Positions 11,572 to 22,260 of a DNA stretch of 64,000 nt are shown here, piece by piece. Position numbers and translations under genes: made by a program. Position 1 is the stretch's first letter. Each line of letters opens with the position of its first letter. Under the pieces are notes generated by a model, which saw only the letters and a program-made list of their open reading frames with translations, ran no database searches and was not told where the DNA came from. The stretch lies in the NCBI GenBank assembly GCA_048939015.1, contig JBHLPW010000003.1:32001-96000 (forward strand). The letters are read 5' to 3'. The stretch comes from Promethearchaeota archaeon. Lineage in GTDB: Archaea > Asgardarchaeota > Lokiarchaeia > Sigyniarchaeales > SOKP01.

Positions 11572-12699
11572 ATGTCTAAGAAGGACTCCACTAAGATGAA
11601 ATTTTTAGCAAAGGGGTTTGTAATTTCATTTTTTTTCTTATGTTTAAGCGCATTTGTTATTATTGTAATAATTATTAACCGTCTCTTTTTACCAATTCCA
11701 TTGGTGGATTCTGTATATCAATTTATAAGACCTTGGTTATTGTTTTTCTTTTATGATTATACCATATTTATCTATTCTATAGTCTTTATTTGTTATACAC
11801 TACTACTTCTTTTCTATGTTTTTGGATATAATTTAGCAAAAGTAAAACATATGACAGGGTCAATAATCTATATTTTTAGTTTATTAGGATTTGTGTTAGT
11901 TACTTTTTTTGTCAGTCACTACGCATACGCTAGTATATTATTTAATCAAGATATAACTCTTAACACAAGGTTAATGCTATTAATGCTCTTTTTACCTATT
12001 ATATTTGCATTAGGTTTATTCCTATTTTTAGTTAATACTGATTTTCTCATATTTTTTAAGGATTTAATAAAGGCTAGAAAAGTATGGAGGCATAATAGAC
12101 CTGGTTTTGAAATCGAAGTGAAGGGAAAAATAACCAATATAATTATTAACACTGAAGAACATATTTTCACTCCTGTCCCAATGTTAATTATTGCCAAGTA
12201 TCTCCAGACTAAAGGATTTTCAGTTTCATGGTTTGTTAGAGGGGCTTTTAATCACGTAATATCGTTAATTACTACATATTTAACTGGATGGCCGCGGGCT
12301 AGAAACATATTATTTCGATTAACTGGGATGAAAATAGGGGAAAATTGCCATATTTCTCAAAAAGCAATACCAGATCCTCTTCTACCTGAGCTAATCGAAT
12401 TTGAAGATGGTAGCGGATGTGGAATTGGAGTAAAATTATTAACTCATAATGCAATGAATATCCAACATGGTACATTTAGTTTTGGACCTATAAAAGTTTG
12501 TAAAAATGCGAGAATTGGAGCTTATTCGGTTATATTACCCGGAGTAACAATAGGTGAGGGGTCGATTATTGGGGCTAATTCACTAGTTAGTGACGATATA
12601 CCTCCATATTCTATTGCTTTTGGTTCTCCCGCTAAAGTTGAAAGGGAGTTAACTGATGAAGAAAAGAAATTAGTAAATAAGAATTATCAAAATTCTTAA
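11572..12699 (+). CDS. membrane-anchored hexapeptide-repeat (left-handed beta-helix) acyltransferase
   Basis: ~4 N-terminal TM helices; C-terminal GMKIGENC...IGAYSVILPGVTIGEGSIIGANSLVSDDIPPYSIAFGSPAK. Confidence 0.85.
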   Translation: MSKKDSTKMKFLAKGFVISFFFLCLSAFVIIVIIINRLFLPIPLVDSVYQFIRPWLLFFFYDYTIFIYSIVFICYTLLLLFYVFGYNLAKVKHMTGSIIYIFSLLGFVLVTFFVSHYAYASILFNQDITLNTRLMLLMLFLPIIFALGLFLFLVNTDFLIFFKDLIKARKVWRHNRPGFEIEVKGKITNIIINTEEHIFTPVPMLIIAKYLQTKGFSVSWFVRGAFNHVISLITTYLTGWPRARNILFRLTGMKIGENCHISQKAIPDPLLPELIEFEDGSGCGIGVKLLTHNAMNIQHGTFSFGPIKVCKNARIGAYSVILPGVTIGEGSIIGANSLVSDDIPPYSIAFGSPAKVERELTDEEKKLVNKNYQNS

Positions 12700-12793
12700 A
12701 TCCTATTGTATTAATCTAATGAAAATTTGCATTAATATTAAAAAAAAAAATTAGAAGTGAATTAATATAACAGAAAATAATCTCAAGCTTTGG

Positions 12794-13630
12794 ATGAAAT
12801 ATTTGATCATTCTTGCGATTTTTATTGGTGTAATATTAATAACTGCCGAATTGGACTGGGCTGCTGAACATTTTAATATAGGACTCGGTGTACAACTTAC
12901 TTGGCTAATTATTCTACTCAGTTTAGGATTTATTCTCCCTATCTGTTTTATGTATCTAGCTGGTAATAAAGACATCGAAAGAAGAGATTCAGATAAGAAA
13001 TGGCTAATAATTGCAATTATTCTGTTTCTAATTGCTAATGGAATACCAATTATATTTTATGTAATTCTAGGTAATCCACCTGGATTTTTATTATACTTAC
13101 AATTAGCACTATTTGGTTTAATTCCGGCTTTTTTTCTTCAACCAAAGGAGATAAAAAACCGAATCTTATTATTAGCCATTCTTTTTTTAACAATTATTAT
13201 CCCAATAGGTATTTTAGTTCAGATCACAATAGGTGAGGTTTGGGCTCAACTAATTGCATATGGTTCAGCAGATAAGACGATGTACTATTTAGCATTCTGG
13301 GGTTTACTGATGACATTTTTCTTTCTAATTATTGCAGTTGGTTGGAAATTGGGAGGCGGTTCTAAAAGACAAAGTTGGAATATTTTTATAGCAGGTACAT
13401 TATTACAATACAGTACACTTGAAGATTTCTTTTATTTCATTTTAAATGGACAATCGCTTCCTGGTACATGGCCTTGGATGAGTAATTTTGTTATAAATTT
13501 AGAACTATTATTTGGTCATGTCCCTACCGATTTAGATCTTTTCATTTTCTGCCTTATTATTAGTATAATAGCAATTTTTATTCTTTTTGATGGTCATGGG
13601 TATATTTGGACAAAAATTAAGGCAAGATGA
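12794..13630 (+). CDS. polytopic membrane protein, unknown function
   Basis: ~7-8 hydrophobic segments; conserved-looking LEDFFYF and WPW motifs. Confidence 0.75.
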   Translation: MKYLIILAIFIGVILITAELDWAAEHFNIGLGVQLTWLIILLSLGFILPICFMYLAGNKDIERRDSDKKWLIIAIILFLIANGIPIIFYVILGNPPGFLLYLQLALFGLIPAFFLQPKEIKNRILLLAILFLTIIIPIGILVQITIGEVWAQLIAYGSADKTMYYLAFWGLLMTFFFLIIAVGWKLGGGSKRQSWNIFIAGTLLQYSTLEDFFYFILNGQSLPGTWPWMSNFVINLELLFGHVPTDLDLFIFCLIISIIAIFILFDGHGYIWTKIKAR

Positions 13631-13760
13631 TGAATTTTTTTTTCTTTTTTCACATTATATACTATAAAACCAAAAAATCTTTAATTAATATTGTTATAAT
13701 TTGATTTATTAATTCACAAAGCTTCAAATCATTAAAGAATTATTTATCATTAAAAATCTG

Positions 13761-15275
13761 GTGGTTCTTTTGAAAAATTATGATATAATATTTATACATC
13801 CACCAAGATTGTTAGAACCTGATTATCGAAAACATGCTAAATTAGTTCGAGGAACCTTTATTTTTATTCCAATGGGTCTTTTTGCGATTGCTGATATCCT
13901 TGAAAGAAAGGGTTTTGGAGTCAGGATAATAAATTATCCTTTAGAACAATATTTAAACCGTAATTGGAGTTTAATTGAGGAGTTAAAACACATAAATTTC
14001 AAAATTTGTGGAATAGATCTTCATTGGATTCACAATGCAAATGGTGCTATAGAAGTTGCTAAGATCGTTAAGGATGTAAATCCTAATGCTAAAGTATTAT
14101 TTGGTGGGTTTAGTGCATCTTATTACCACAATGAAATCTTAAAGAATTACAATATAATTGATGGTGTTATAAGAGGCGAAGGCGAAATTCCCTTTTTAAG
14201 ATATGCTGAAAATCTAAGTAAAAATACTTCATTTGATATGGTTCCTAATTTATCTTACCGTAATTCTTCCGGTCATATTAAAATAAATCCTATATCTTAT
14301 GTTGCCAATTCTTTAGATGAACTTAATTTTACCAACGTATCCTTTCTAAAAAATGCAAAACAATATTTTGAATATAGTAGAAAAATTATGGGTATCTCTT
14401 TTAATCTTCCAATTGGGAGAGGCTGTCCATTTAATTGTCCATTTTGTGGAGGGGGTCAAAAGGCTCAACAATGTTTCACAGAAAGAAAGAAAGTTATCCT
14501 TAGAAGTCCAGAAAAAGTAATAGAAGATATCACTAATATCTCGGACAAATATAAAATTCCAAGTATCTTTTTCGGACATGGTACATATCCATCAAATTTA
14601 ACATATTGGAAAAGATTATTTAGGTTGATTCAACAGGAAAAATTTGATATTGGAGGAGATTTAGAAATATGGCGATTACCGTTTCCTAAAGAAATGTGGG
14701 ATTTATTTTATAAAACTTTTAATCTTACGTATTCATCAGTAAGTATTTCTCCTAGAATAATGTCTTTGAACGTTCATCAAAAAATTGCTCAAATTTGCGA
14801 TCCTACATTCTATTTTCCCGCACATCTAATAAGAGATTTAATAAAGAATGCGATTTTGTACCAAATAACGTTAAGAATTTGGATGACAGTTGGTTTTCCA
14901 TTCCAAACTCGCCTAGATGTTATAAAAGATTTCATGTTCGCGATCAAGAGTTTAATAAAATATGGTAAATCAAAACTAATGCCAATTACCATAATGAATG
15001 AACCATATTTTGTATTCCCCGGTGCGCCTGCTTATGAATCTCCAGAACTATTTGAGATGATTCTAAGATATAAATCTTTTCCAGAGCTAGTCGAAGTTTT
15101 CAAACAGACCAAATCATTATTTAATAGGTTATTTAGTTGTAATAATTATGGAACAAAATATTTATCCCAAACTTCGATTCGTTATTTAAATTTTTTATTT
15201 TCTTTAATTACTTTACCTATGCTCATAACATCAACCTCAAACACACATAATATTAGAAAGGAAAATATACCATGA
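13761..15275 (+). CDS. B12-binding domain radical SAM protein
   Basis: IPMGLFAIA, GIDLHW, GGFSAS, RGEGE, GRGCPFNCPFCGG. Confidence 0.9.
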   Translation: MVLLKNYDIIFIHPPRLLEPDYRKHAKLVRGTFIFIPMGLFAIADILERKGFGVRIINYPLEQYLNRNWSLIEELKHINFKICGIDLHWIHNANGAIEVAKIVKDVNPNAKVLFGGFSASYYHNEILKNYNIIDGVIRGEGEIPFLRYAENLSKNTSFDMVPNLSYRNSSGHIKINPISYVANSLDELNFTNVSFLKNAKQYFEYSRKIMGISFNLPIGRGCPFNCPFCGGGQKAQQCFTERKKVILRSPEKVIEDITNISDKYKIPSIFFGHGTYPSNLTYWKRLFRLIQQEKFDIGGDLEIWRLPFPKEMWDLFYKTFNLTYSSVSISPRIMSLNVHQKIAQICDPTFYFPAHLIRDLIKNAILYQITLRIWMTVGFPFQTRLDVIKDFMFAIKSLIKYGKSKLMPITIMNEPYFVFPGAPAYESPELFEMILRYKSFPELVEVFKQTKSLFNRLFSCNNYGTKYLSQTSIRYLNFLFSLITLPMLITSTSNTHNIRKENIP

Positions 15276-15320
15276 TTGGTATTAAAAAAAAATAACTTAA
15301 TCCCCTTAAACCAAGAGTTA

Positions 15321-15839
15321 TTACAACGCAGTTATTCCTGCCATTAAAGTGGCTATTAACAGAAGTATTGTATTAAATGTTATCCCGATAAGTCCTATTA
15401 TTTTTCCAGCTTTAAGAATAGAACTTAAAGATTCCATTTCTTCTGCTTTTCTATAGAATATTCTAGAAGCAATTCCAAACATTATTCCTATCACATGTGC
15501 TATTATAAGCCCAATAAAAACTCTTCTCAATAGGAAAATATAAGAAAAAATAGGATCTAAAACTGCTGTGGATCCAATATCAAATGTGATTGACAAAATG
15601 ACAATTGAGACTATTCCAAATCCTAAAGATTTCTTTGAATAGGAACCAGCACTTCCTTTCATTTTTGATTTTTGTCCTATAATTTGATACACGGGAGGTG
15701 AAATAGGTATTGAATCATTTCGATCTCCAGTAGTCTCCAATTGAGATGGTCCATATGCTCTTTGAACTTTATTCCCGCAATACTGACAAAACCGTTGATT
15801 TTCAAATTCTAATTTTTGCCCACAATTCTTACAATACAT
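15321..15839 (-). CDS. zinc-ribbon membrane protein (N-terminal double CxxC, C-terminal TM helices)
   Basis: Likely start MYCKNCG at 15839 (track starts 15911); CKNC...FCQYCG followed by 3 TM segments. Confidence 0.8.
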   Translation of the reverse strand: MYCKNCGQKLEFENQRFCQYCGNKVQRAYGPSQLETTGDRNDSIPISPPVYQIIGQKSKMKGSAGSYSKKSLGFGIVSIVILSITFDIGSTAVLDPIFSYIFLLRRVFIGLIIAHVIGIMFGIASRIFYRKAEEMESLSSILKAGKIIGLIGITFNTILLLIATLMAGITAL

Positions 15840-15929
15840 AGGGTTTTTCTCAATATGATCATATAAATTGAATCTAATACAAAAGGGATTACATATTAAA
15901 TAAAGAAACAATAATTAATAAAAATTTAG

Positions 15930-17294
15930 TTATACTTTAGATAAAGCTAATACTTCAGCTTCTTCTCTTTCTAACAACATTGGAGTTTTTTCCCAACTTA
16001 TTTCTTTAGGAAGTTTAAATTGCCGTAAAAACATAAAAAGATGAATATAGCCACTAATTGGAAAAAGTAATAAAAGACTATAATGTTTATCACAATACTT
16101 TCTTATAACATTGAATAAAAACCCAAATTGAAAGAAGAGACACGAAATATTCCAGATTAGCATATAAAATTCTCCAATTAAAGCATAGAGTATCGTAAAA
16201 CCAAGAATAATAGGAATCCATGTATCCATGTTTGCAATAACCATCATTGTCATGTTTCTTGCAATAATTAAAGATTTTCCATTTTTATATTCGCTTTCCA
16301 TTGCCATTAATTGGGGCATATCACCAATAAATCCCGCAAGCCATCTTGTACGTTGTTTGACTAAAATTTCCCAATTATTTGGTACATATTCATATATTTT
16401 TGCTTTAGGCGAAAATCGAATATCGACTCCATCTAGATTTAGAAGCACAGATAGATAAAGGTCTTCTGTCATTGAATCTTCATTAAAACCACCATACTTT
16501 CTAAGATATTTTGTTCTCACCGCAAAATTTCTGCCGAATGAATAGGCTGATGAACCCAGTCTATTTTTAACTTCAAAAAGTAATCCACCACCTGAAACTA
16601 TACCATAATCTAAGAAGATTCCTCGTGTCAATTCATTTTCTTTCCAATTCTTGACTAAAACAGGGCCAATTACAGCATTATTCTTTTCTTTTTGAAATGG
16701 TGAAATCAAATTTCTTAGAGTATGGGGTTCTAATATACAACCTGAATCATAAAGTACTACAATATCGTTTTTTACATGATCCAAACCATAATTAAGTGCT
16801 GCAGGTTTTCCTTTTTTAGGTAAATCTTCTGAAAGTAATTTAATATCCAGGTCTTTATAATTATTTATAAAGTTTTTACAATAATCTTTTGTCTTTTCTG
16901 TTGAACCGCTTGTTATTATAATTATTTGGATATTTTCTTTTGGGTAATCTGAATTAGCTATCGATTTTATTGTTCGTTCTAATAATATTTCTTCGTTTTT
17001 TGAAGCTATTAGTATACTTATTTTTGCATAAAATGGAGTTTTTGTTTTATATCCTCTCCCAAATGAAGCAAAGAAATGTATTCCATAAAAAATGATAAAT
17101 CCTGCCAGCATTATTAATCCAATAAATGGAAATATGAACCACCAATATTCTAAAGGTGCTGTTAAAAAGGTATCAATTGCTTCTTTAACTTTTGATGGCC
17201 AAAAGGGTGGAAAAAAGATGTGGATTAATACAAAAAAAATTATAATAATAGCTCCATAGAGGAAATATCTATAAAGTTTCATTTTTCTTAACAT
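15930..17294 (-). CDS. processive-type membrane glycosyltransferase family 2 (cellulose synthase/PgaC-like)
   Basis: GKPAALN, TEDL, QRTRW motif, N- and C-terminal TM helices; DxD appears as YDSG. Confidence 0.88.
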   Translation of the reverse strand: MLRKMKLYRYFLYGAIIIIFFVLIHIFFPPFWPSKVKEAIDTFLTAPLEYWWFIFPFIGLIMLAGFIIFYGIHFFASFGRGYKTKTPFYAKISILIASKNEEILLERTIKSIANSDYPKENIQIIIITSGSTEKTKDYCKNFINNYKDLDIKLLSEDLPKKGKPAALNYGLDHVKNDIVVLYDSGCILEPHTLRNLISPFQKEKNNAVIGPVLVKNWKENELTRGIFLDYGIVSGGGLLFEVKNRLGSSAYSFGRNFAVRTKYLRKYGGFNEDSMTEDLYLSVLLNLDGVDIRFSPKAKIYEYVPNNWEILVKQRTRWLAGFIGDMPQLMAMESEYKNGKSLIIARNMTMMVIANMDTWIPIILGFTILYALIGEFYMLIWNISCLFFQFGFLFNVIRKYCDKHYSLLLLFPISGYIHLFMFLRQFKLPKEISWEKTPMLLEREEAEVLALSKV

Positions 17295-17308
17295 ACCTTT
17301 TTTGTTTT

Positions 17309-18238
17309 TTATAAATTATCCATTTTTTTTAGGTTTTTCCAGATGTATTTTCCAAATAGAATCACTGAAAGTACCATAATTACTAATAAACTGATTTGAT
17401 AAATTATCATGGTCCAATTAACAACCCATGTGTGGGTCGCTGTCCAGATCGAGGTAGCTGCGGGATTGATCAAATTTGTTATTAACACAGTGAGACTTGA
17501 AACACCATACATTACGTAGAATGTAGTAATAACTAATACTCGCGTTATTCTTTCACCAATAAATGGTTTAGTTTCTTGTAAACCTAATCCTTCGTGTCTA
17601 GCTCTCATATACTCATATATGAATATTAGGAAAATATTAGTCCAAACCATCCATTTAAAATCTAATCCATTTATAGACAAGACTGAAAGACTCGTAGGAA
17701 TAAGGCATACTAACATTAAAGTATCACTAACGCGGTCAATCACATTATCTAACCAAGCACCACTTTTAGACTTAAGATTTAATAATCTCGCTATCGCTCC
17801 GTCAATTCCATCAATTATTCCCGTAAAAAGAACCAAAAGTGCAAGAGCAAAAAACCACGCACCATATAAGGGTTGTTGAGTGAATAATCCTAATGTATGG
17901 CCTTTTCCCACCATAATCACTCCATAAAAAATAAGAAATGATAAAATCAAATTCATAAACGATACTTTATTTGGAGTTAAACCCATTCTTATAAAGATTT
18001 TAGCACCTTTGTATGTAATAGGCATATAAAGTTTTCCTGAAGGATCCTTTTTCATTTGTGCAAATTGTTTCTCTAATTTGTGTGCTTGTCCATGATCCTT
18101 TAGCCAATCTCTTATAAATTCATCGCAACTCATAAATTCTTGGTTGACTTTCTCTTTAGAGATTCCACTAAGAAAAATAATTACAAGACATATGAGTAGT
18201 ATTATAGGAAATACAATAGTAAACACAATTTCTGTCAT
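17309..18238 (-). CDS. CDP-alcohol phosphatidyltransferase family protein
   Basis: Signature DGIDGAIAR-x7-GAWLDNVIDR, TPN motif, multiple TMs. Confidence 0.92.
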   Translation of the reverse strand: MTEIVFTIVFPIILLICLVIIFLSGISKEKVNQEFMSCDEFIRDWLKDHGQAHKLEKQFAQMKKDPSGKLYMPITYKGAKIFIRMGLTPNKVSFMNLILSFLIFYGVIMVGKGHTLGLFTQQPLYGAWFFALALLVLFTGIIDGIDGAIARLLNLKSKSGAWLDNVIDRVSDTLMLVCLIPTSLSVLSINGLDFKWMVWTNIFLIFIYEYMRARHEGLGLQETKPFIGERITRVLVITTFYVMYGVSSLTVLITNLINPAATSIWTATHTWVVNWTMIIYQISLLVIMVLSVILFGKYIWKNLKKMDNL

Positions 18239-18565
18239 ATTTATATCTTCAGTTTTTCTAATCTAATTTTTAATTTGGTAATTTTTATTAGAGTATGAGG
18301 AAATATTTAAATTTATTGTAAAAAGGTGTCAGAGTTTAATGCGTTTAACAAAAATATCACTTATTGAATTTTTTCCTTTATTATTGTCTCATTCTGATGA
18401 ATTCTTTTAGTATTTTGAAATTAATCATACACACTTTTATTATTTAAGTCGAAATTTGAATACGTGAAAGGTTGATATAATTAAGAATTGGACTCCCATA
18501 ATTATATTAAATCCCAAATCGTTATTTACGTAGAAAAAAATACTTATGTTTAAGAGTTTTAAAAT

Positions 18566-19426
18566 ATGTCAAATCAAAGTTTAGAATTGAGATGGAACAA
18601 TTTTGGGAGATATATTCTTGCTGTAGCAATTTTATGGCTTTTTATATTTATTCCGTATGTTGCATTTGGAGTTATTGTACTTCAATTCATCTTTATAAAT
18701 TTAGCAATAAATGAGATTAAAATTATAAAATCTCAACTTAATAATCCAAATCTCGAAGTTTTTTGTTCAAAAGCTATAGCGGGGAATATAATTAAATTAA
18801 TTGGTTTAATAGTCATCAATGTTGGGGGTGCAATGATAGCGGGGTCAATAATGCTACGTCGTTTCTTTCATATTTTTCCAAGAATGCTGATTTTTATTCC
18901 TCCACTAGTAGTTATTATTGTTGGATTTGTAATAATGATTATAGCTAGTAGCATTGAAATGCAAGCTTGGGAAAACTTAAAGAATTTTCTTCAACAAAAT
19001 AAGGAATCTTTTCCGACTAAAATAGCTCAAAATGTAGTTGAAGGTGCAGATAACTTAAAGTCTGGAACTTTTTTATGGGCACTTGGATTTCTATTTATCC
19101 CTATAATAATTGGATGGTTATTCCATGTAGCTGGTTATTTCAAATTAGCATCTTTCAATAAATTGGTTCCAAAGAAAGAAATTGAAATAATTCCAACTCC
19201 TGAATATAAATCAACTAGTTCTCACGTACTTCAAACAGCTACTACACCTGCTTATCAGTCAACTACTGTTCCTGTTTATCAAACGATTGTGGCTCACACT
19301 AACAGACCAGATCTAGAAAATATTCAAGGAGAAAGAAATGACTTTAATTTCTGCCCAATATGTGGAGCAAAATTAGATCGAGCAGCTAAATTTTGCGGTG
19401 AATGTGGATCACATTTAAGGGATTAA
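18566..19426 (+). CDS. membrane protein with C-terminal zinc ribbon
   Basis: 4 TM segments, Thr/Pro-rich linker, FCPICG...FCGECG. Confidence 0.8.
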   Translation: MSNQSLELRWNNFGRYILAVAILWLFIFIPYVAFGVIVLQFIFINLAINEIKIIKSQLNNPNLEVFCSKAIAGNIIKLIGLIVINVGGAMIAGSIMLRRFFHIFPRMLIFIPPLVVIIVGFVIMIIASSIEMQAWENLKNFLQQNKESFPTKIAQNVVEGADNLKSGTFLWALGFLFIPIIIGWLFHVAGYFKLASFNKLVPKKEIEIIPTPEYKSTSSHVLQTATTPAYQSTTVPVYQTIVAHTNRPDLENIQGERNDFNFCPICGAKLDRAAKFCGECGSHLRD

Positions 19427-19551
19427 GATAGGTATAAAAATTTTTAATTAATTTTCTTTTAATTATTTTAATTTTTCCAAATTAATTTATTGAATAATTT
19501 TTTTGCTAAGAATTTTAAATTTTTTTTTAAAATTAATCTAATTTAATAATT

Positions 19552-20691
19552 CTATGCTTCAATATAAGCTTCTTTTATTGCTGAACATCCTCCACACCTT
19601 ACGCAACCCGCTTTATTTTGTAATGGATTAAGTCCATATTCTCTCATCAGTTTTCCACTTTCTTTATATATGTCTAACAAGTCAAGATAGTTTGTAATTG
19701 GTAGATCTTTTTTTCCGGGGATAGATCTCACGGGAGTAATGTATGGAATCACTCCAATTGAAATAACTTTTTCTACATCTTTAATAAAATTTGATTCTGA
19801 TTCTCCAAATCCGGTTAAAATGTAACTACTAACTTGATTTTTTCCAAATATGTCAATTGCGCGTTTCCAATTTTTTTCATATAATTCATAGGAAAGACTG
19901 AACTTACCAGGTGTAATAGCTTTTCTTAAAGATTCATCAAGAATTTCTATATGAATACCTATTGTTTCAGCTCCAGCTTCTTTTAATTTATTAATATATT
20001 CTAAATCTTCTAAAGCTTCAATTTGAACGTGAATGGGTAGATCAGGATGGTTTGTTTTTACTCCTTTTAATAATTCAATATATCTATTTGCTCCTTTGTC
20101 TATAGTATCCTCAGTCCCACTAGTTAAAGTCATATGCTTACATCTTCCTTCTTTTTTAGCTGCAATAATGACTTCTGACATCTGCTCAGCAGTTTTTTCT
20201 TCTATTGTTGCATTATTTTGTAAACTTACTTCGATACCACAAAAAGTACATGCTTCTCCACAAGCCCAATATATACATTTTTGATATATTGTACTTGCTA
20301 GACAATCTATTCCATGAACTAGAGCTACTTTTTTCATTGGAATTCCGTCTGAAGTTTTATATTCAGGGCTGTAGAATTGTGGATTTTGAATTAATTTTAC
20401 CTTTCCAAACCTGGTTTTATTCTTATTATTATAAATTTCGAAGTAGCTATTTTCATTCTCTTTTAAATATAGTTCAGTTTTATTGCGATTGTTCCAAAGT
20501 GCTATATTTACTAAAGTATGCTCGTCTTCTAATAGAAAGTATCTCCCTCCGGAAGGTCCTGCACCACCTTTTCGTCCGAAATCAATTTCAATACCTTGTT
20601 CTTTATATTGAGGGATTAATTCACTATCTAAATATAGTCCTTTACATAACAATTCAGTTTTCTTTTCTAATATGGTTTTAGAGTTAATCAT
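19552..20691 (-). CDS. radical SAM protein, MSMEG_0568-like
   Basis: RKGGAGPS, ALVHG, CIYWACGEACTFCGI, LTSGT, C-terminal AGCVRCGGCS. Confidence 0.82.
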   Translation of the reverse strand: MINSKTILEKKTELLCKGLYLDSELIPQYKEQGIEIDFGRKGGAGPSGGRYFLLEDEHTLVNIALWNNRNKTELYLKENENSYFEIYNNKNKTRFGKVKLIQNPQFYSPEYKTSDGIPMKKVALVHGIDCLASTIYQKCIYWACGEACTFCGIEVSLQNNATIEEKTAEQMSEVIIAAKKEGRCKHMTLTSGTEDTIDKGANRYIELLKGVKTNHPDLPIHVQIEALEDLEYINKLKEAGAETIGIHIEILDESLRKAITPGKFSLSYELYEKNWKRAIDIFGKNQVSSYILTGFGESESNFIKDVEKVISIGVIPYITPVRSIPGKKDLPITNYLDLLDIYKESGKLMREYGLNPLQNKAGCVRCGGCSAIKEAYIEA

Positions 20692-20945
20692 AAGACCTGA
20701 AAAAAGAATTCGATAATATTTTATTCTTTTATTAATTTAGAGTGTTTTAGTTATCTTTATGGAATTTAAATCTGGAGCTTATTTAATTTTAGGTATTATT
20801 TAAAATAAAAAGAATTCCAAAAAATTTTATTTCAAAATACTTCTACATATTTTTTATGTCAAGTAAAGAATTAAATAAAAAAGAAAATAATCAACCATAA
20901 TTTTAAATTTTAGTATTTATATCTATATTCAAAATTAATTAAAAG

Positions 20946-21650
20946 TTGAAAATAATGACTGGAATTAGAGATTACATATGGTTTTTCCCTTTTATAGGAG
21001 CAATACTTACAGCAATTAGTCTTTTTACACCATCTTTAGTTTTTCCATCTGGAATTAACTTTGTACTTCAGTTTATGGATGGTTTTTATGTAATTATTGG
21101 TGGAGGATATGGACCTTCTGTAGGATTCACTCATATCCCAGGTCTCATGATTGTGGGTATTATTTCAACAGTATTACTAGCAATATGTACAATTATCTTA
21201 TTTATCTCTGCTTTTTCCCATAGAAGAAAAAAAGCACCAGTATCCTGGATAATTCTTGGAATTATTCTTATTGGAGGGACGATTTATTATATTGGGGGAT
21301 CACAATTAGCTTATTTTATTTACAGAATAATAAATGATGGATATCCGACTAGTTTTTGGCAGGGTAGAATTCCTAGTTTTGCATCCATCGCTCCATTTAT
21401 AGGAGGAGGAACATCAATCTTAAGCTTTATTGTTAGTAGAATTACAGGTGAACAAGAGGTAGATATTAAACCAGTTGATAAAAAAGAATCGTATGAAAAT
21501 ATATACAGAGCGCCTATAAATGAAGAATTATCTCACACCTTCCCAACTGCACAAACTCATATTGCTAAATTCTGTCCCGTATGTGGTGTGAAATTGGAAA
21601 ACCCAGAAGGCCGATTCTGTCCGAGTTGTGGAAGTGATGTTAAAAAATAA
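20946..21650 (+). CDS. membrane protein with C-terminal zinc ribbon
   Basis: 4 TM segments then FCPVCG...FCPSCG. Confidence 0.8.
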   Translation: MKIMTGIRDYIWFFPFIGAILTAISLFTPSLVFPSGINFVLQFMDGFYVIIGGGYGPSVGFTHIPGLMIVGIISTVLLAICTIILFISAFSHRRKKAPVSWIILGIILIGGTIYYIGGSQLAYFIYRIINDGYPTSFWQGRIPSFASIAPFIGGGTSILSFIVSRITGEQEVDIKPVDKKESYENIYRAPINEELSHTFPTAQTHIAKFCPVCGVKLENPEGRFCPSCGSDVKK

Positions 21651-21846
21651 TAGTTATTTTCTTCTTAATTCTTTTTTAACAAAAATTCTAATGATCCATT
21701 TTCGATAAGAATTATTTAATATAATTTCAATGATAAGGATTTAAATTATTGGAATTATTAAAATGAAATTTGAATCAAAAGTTTTATTAATAACCTAAAA
21801 CAATCTCTTTTTACATTAAATTAAGAAATTCAAATAGTGTATAATT

Positions 21847-22260
21847 ATGCCAAAAGTAGAAAGAACAGTAGATATTTCAGCATCTCAGGATAAAATATGG
21901 CAAATTATTGATAATGATGACGATTATGCTAGATGGAATATTGTTGTAAATGAAGTCTCTAAACTTGGTGAGGGTAATTATTTTTTTAAAACAAATGTTG
22001 GAGATGTAACTTCTCAAAGGGTAGAAACAGTTCCACCTGAGCATCTTTCAGCAACTCAAGAAGGAAGCCCTATGACAAGTTTAGGATATAGCTTAAAGCC
22101 AAAGGGAGATGTTGTCGAAGCTACAATCTGGGCAGAATTTGATGATGCAAGTCAAGAACCCGTGTTAGGAATTGCTGGAGAAATGCTCCTTAAAAGTCTG
22201 AAAAAATACGCAGAATATCTTGAATCTGGTGGAGATCCTAACGAATTCTCTAAAAAATAA
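21847..22260 (+). CDS. SRPBCC/START-like (polyketide cyclase) protein
   Basis: VERTVDISASQDKIWQII....YARW start and C-terminal helix LKSLKKYAE. Confidence 0.8.
   Translation: MPKVERTVDISASQDKIWQIIDNDDDYARWNIVVNEVSKLGEGNYFFKTNVGDVTSQRVETVPPEHLSATQEGSPMTSLGYSLKPKGDVVEATIWAEFDDASQEPVLGIAGEMLLKSLKKYAEYLESGGDPNEFSKK

Noticed and set aside
20033-20681. 83-aa and 158-aa + strand ORFs
   Set aside because: Antisense to the radical SAM gene, no recognisable motifs; the same reasoning applies to the other short nested ORFs in the track
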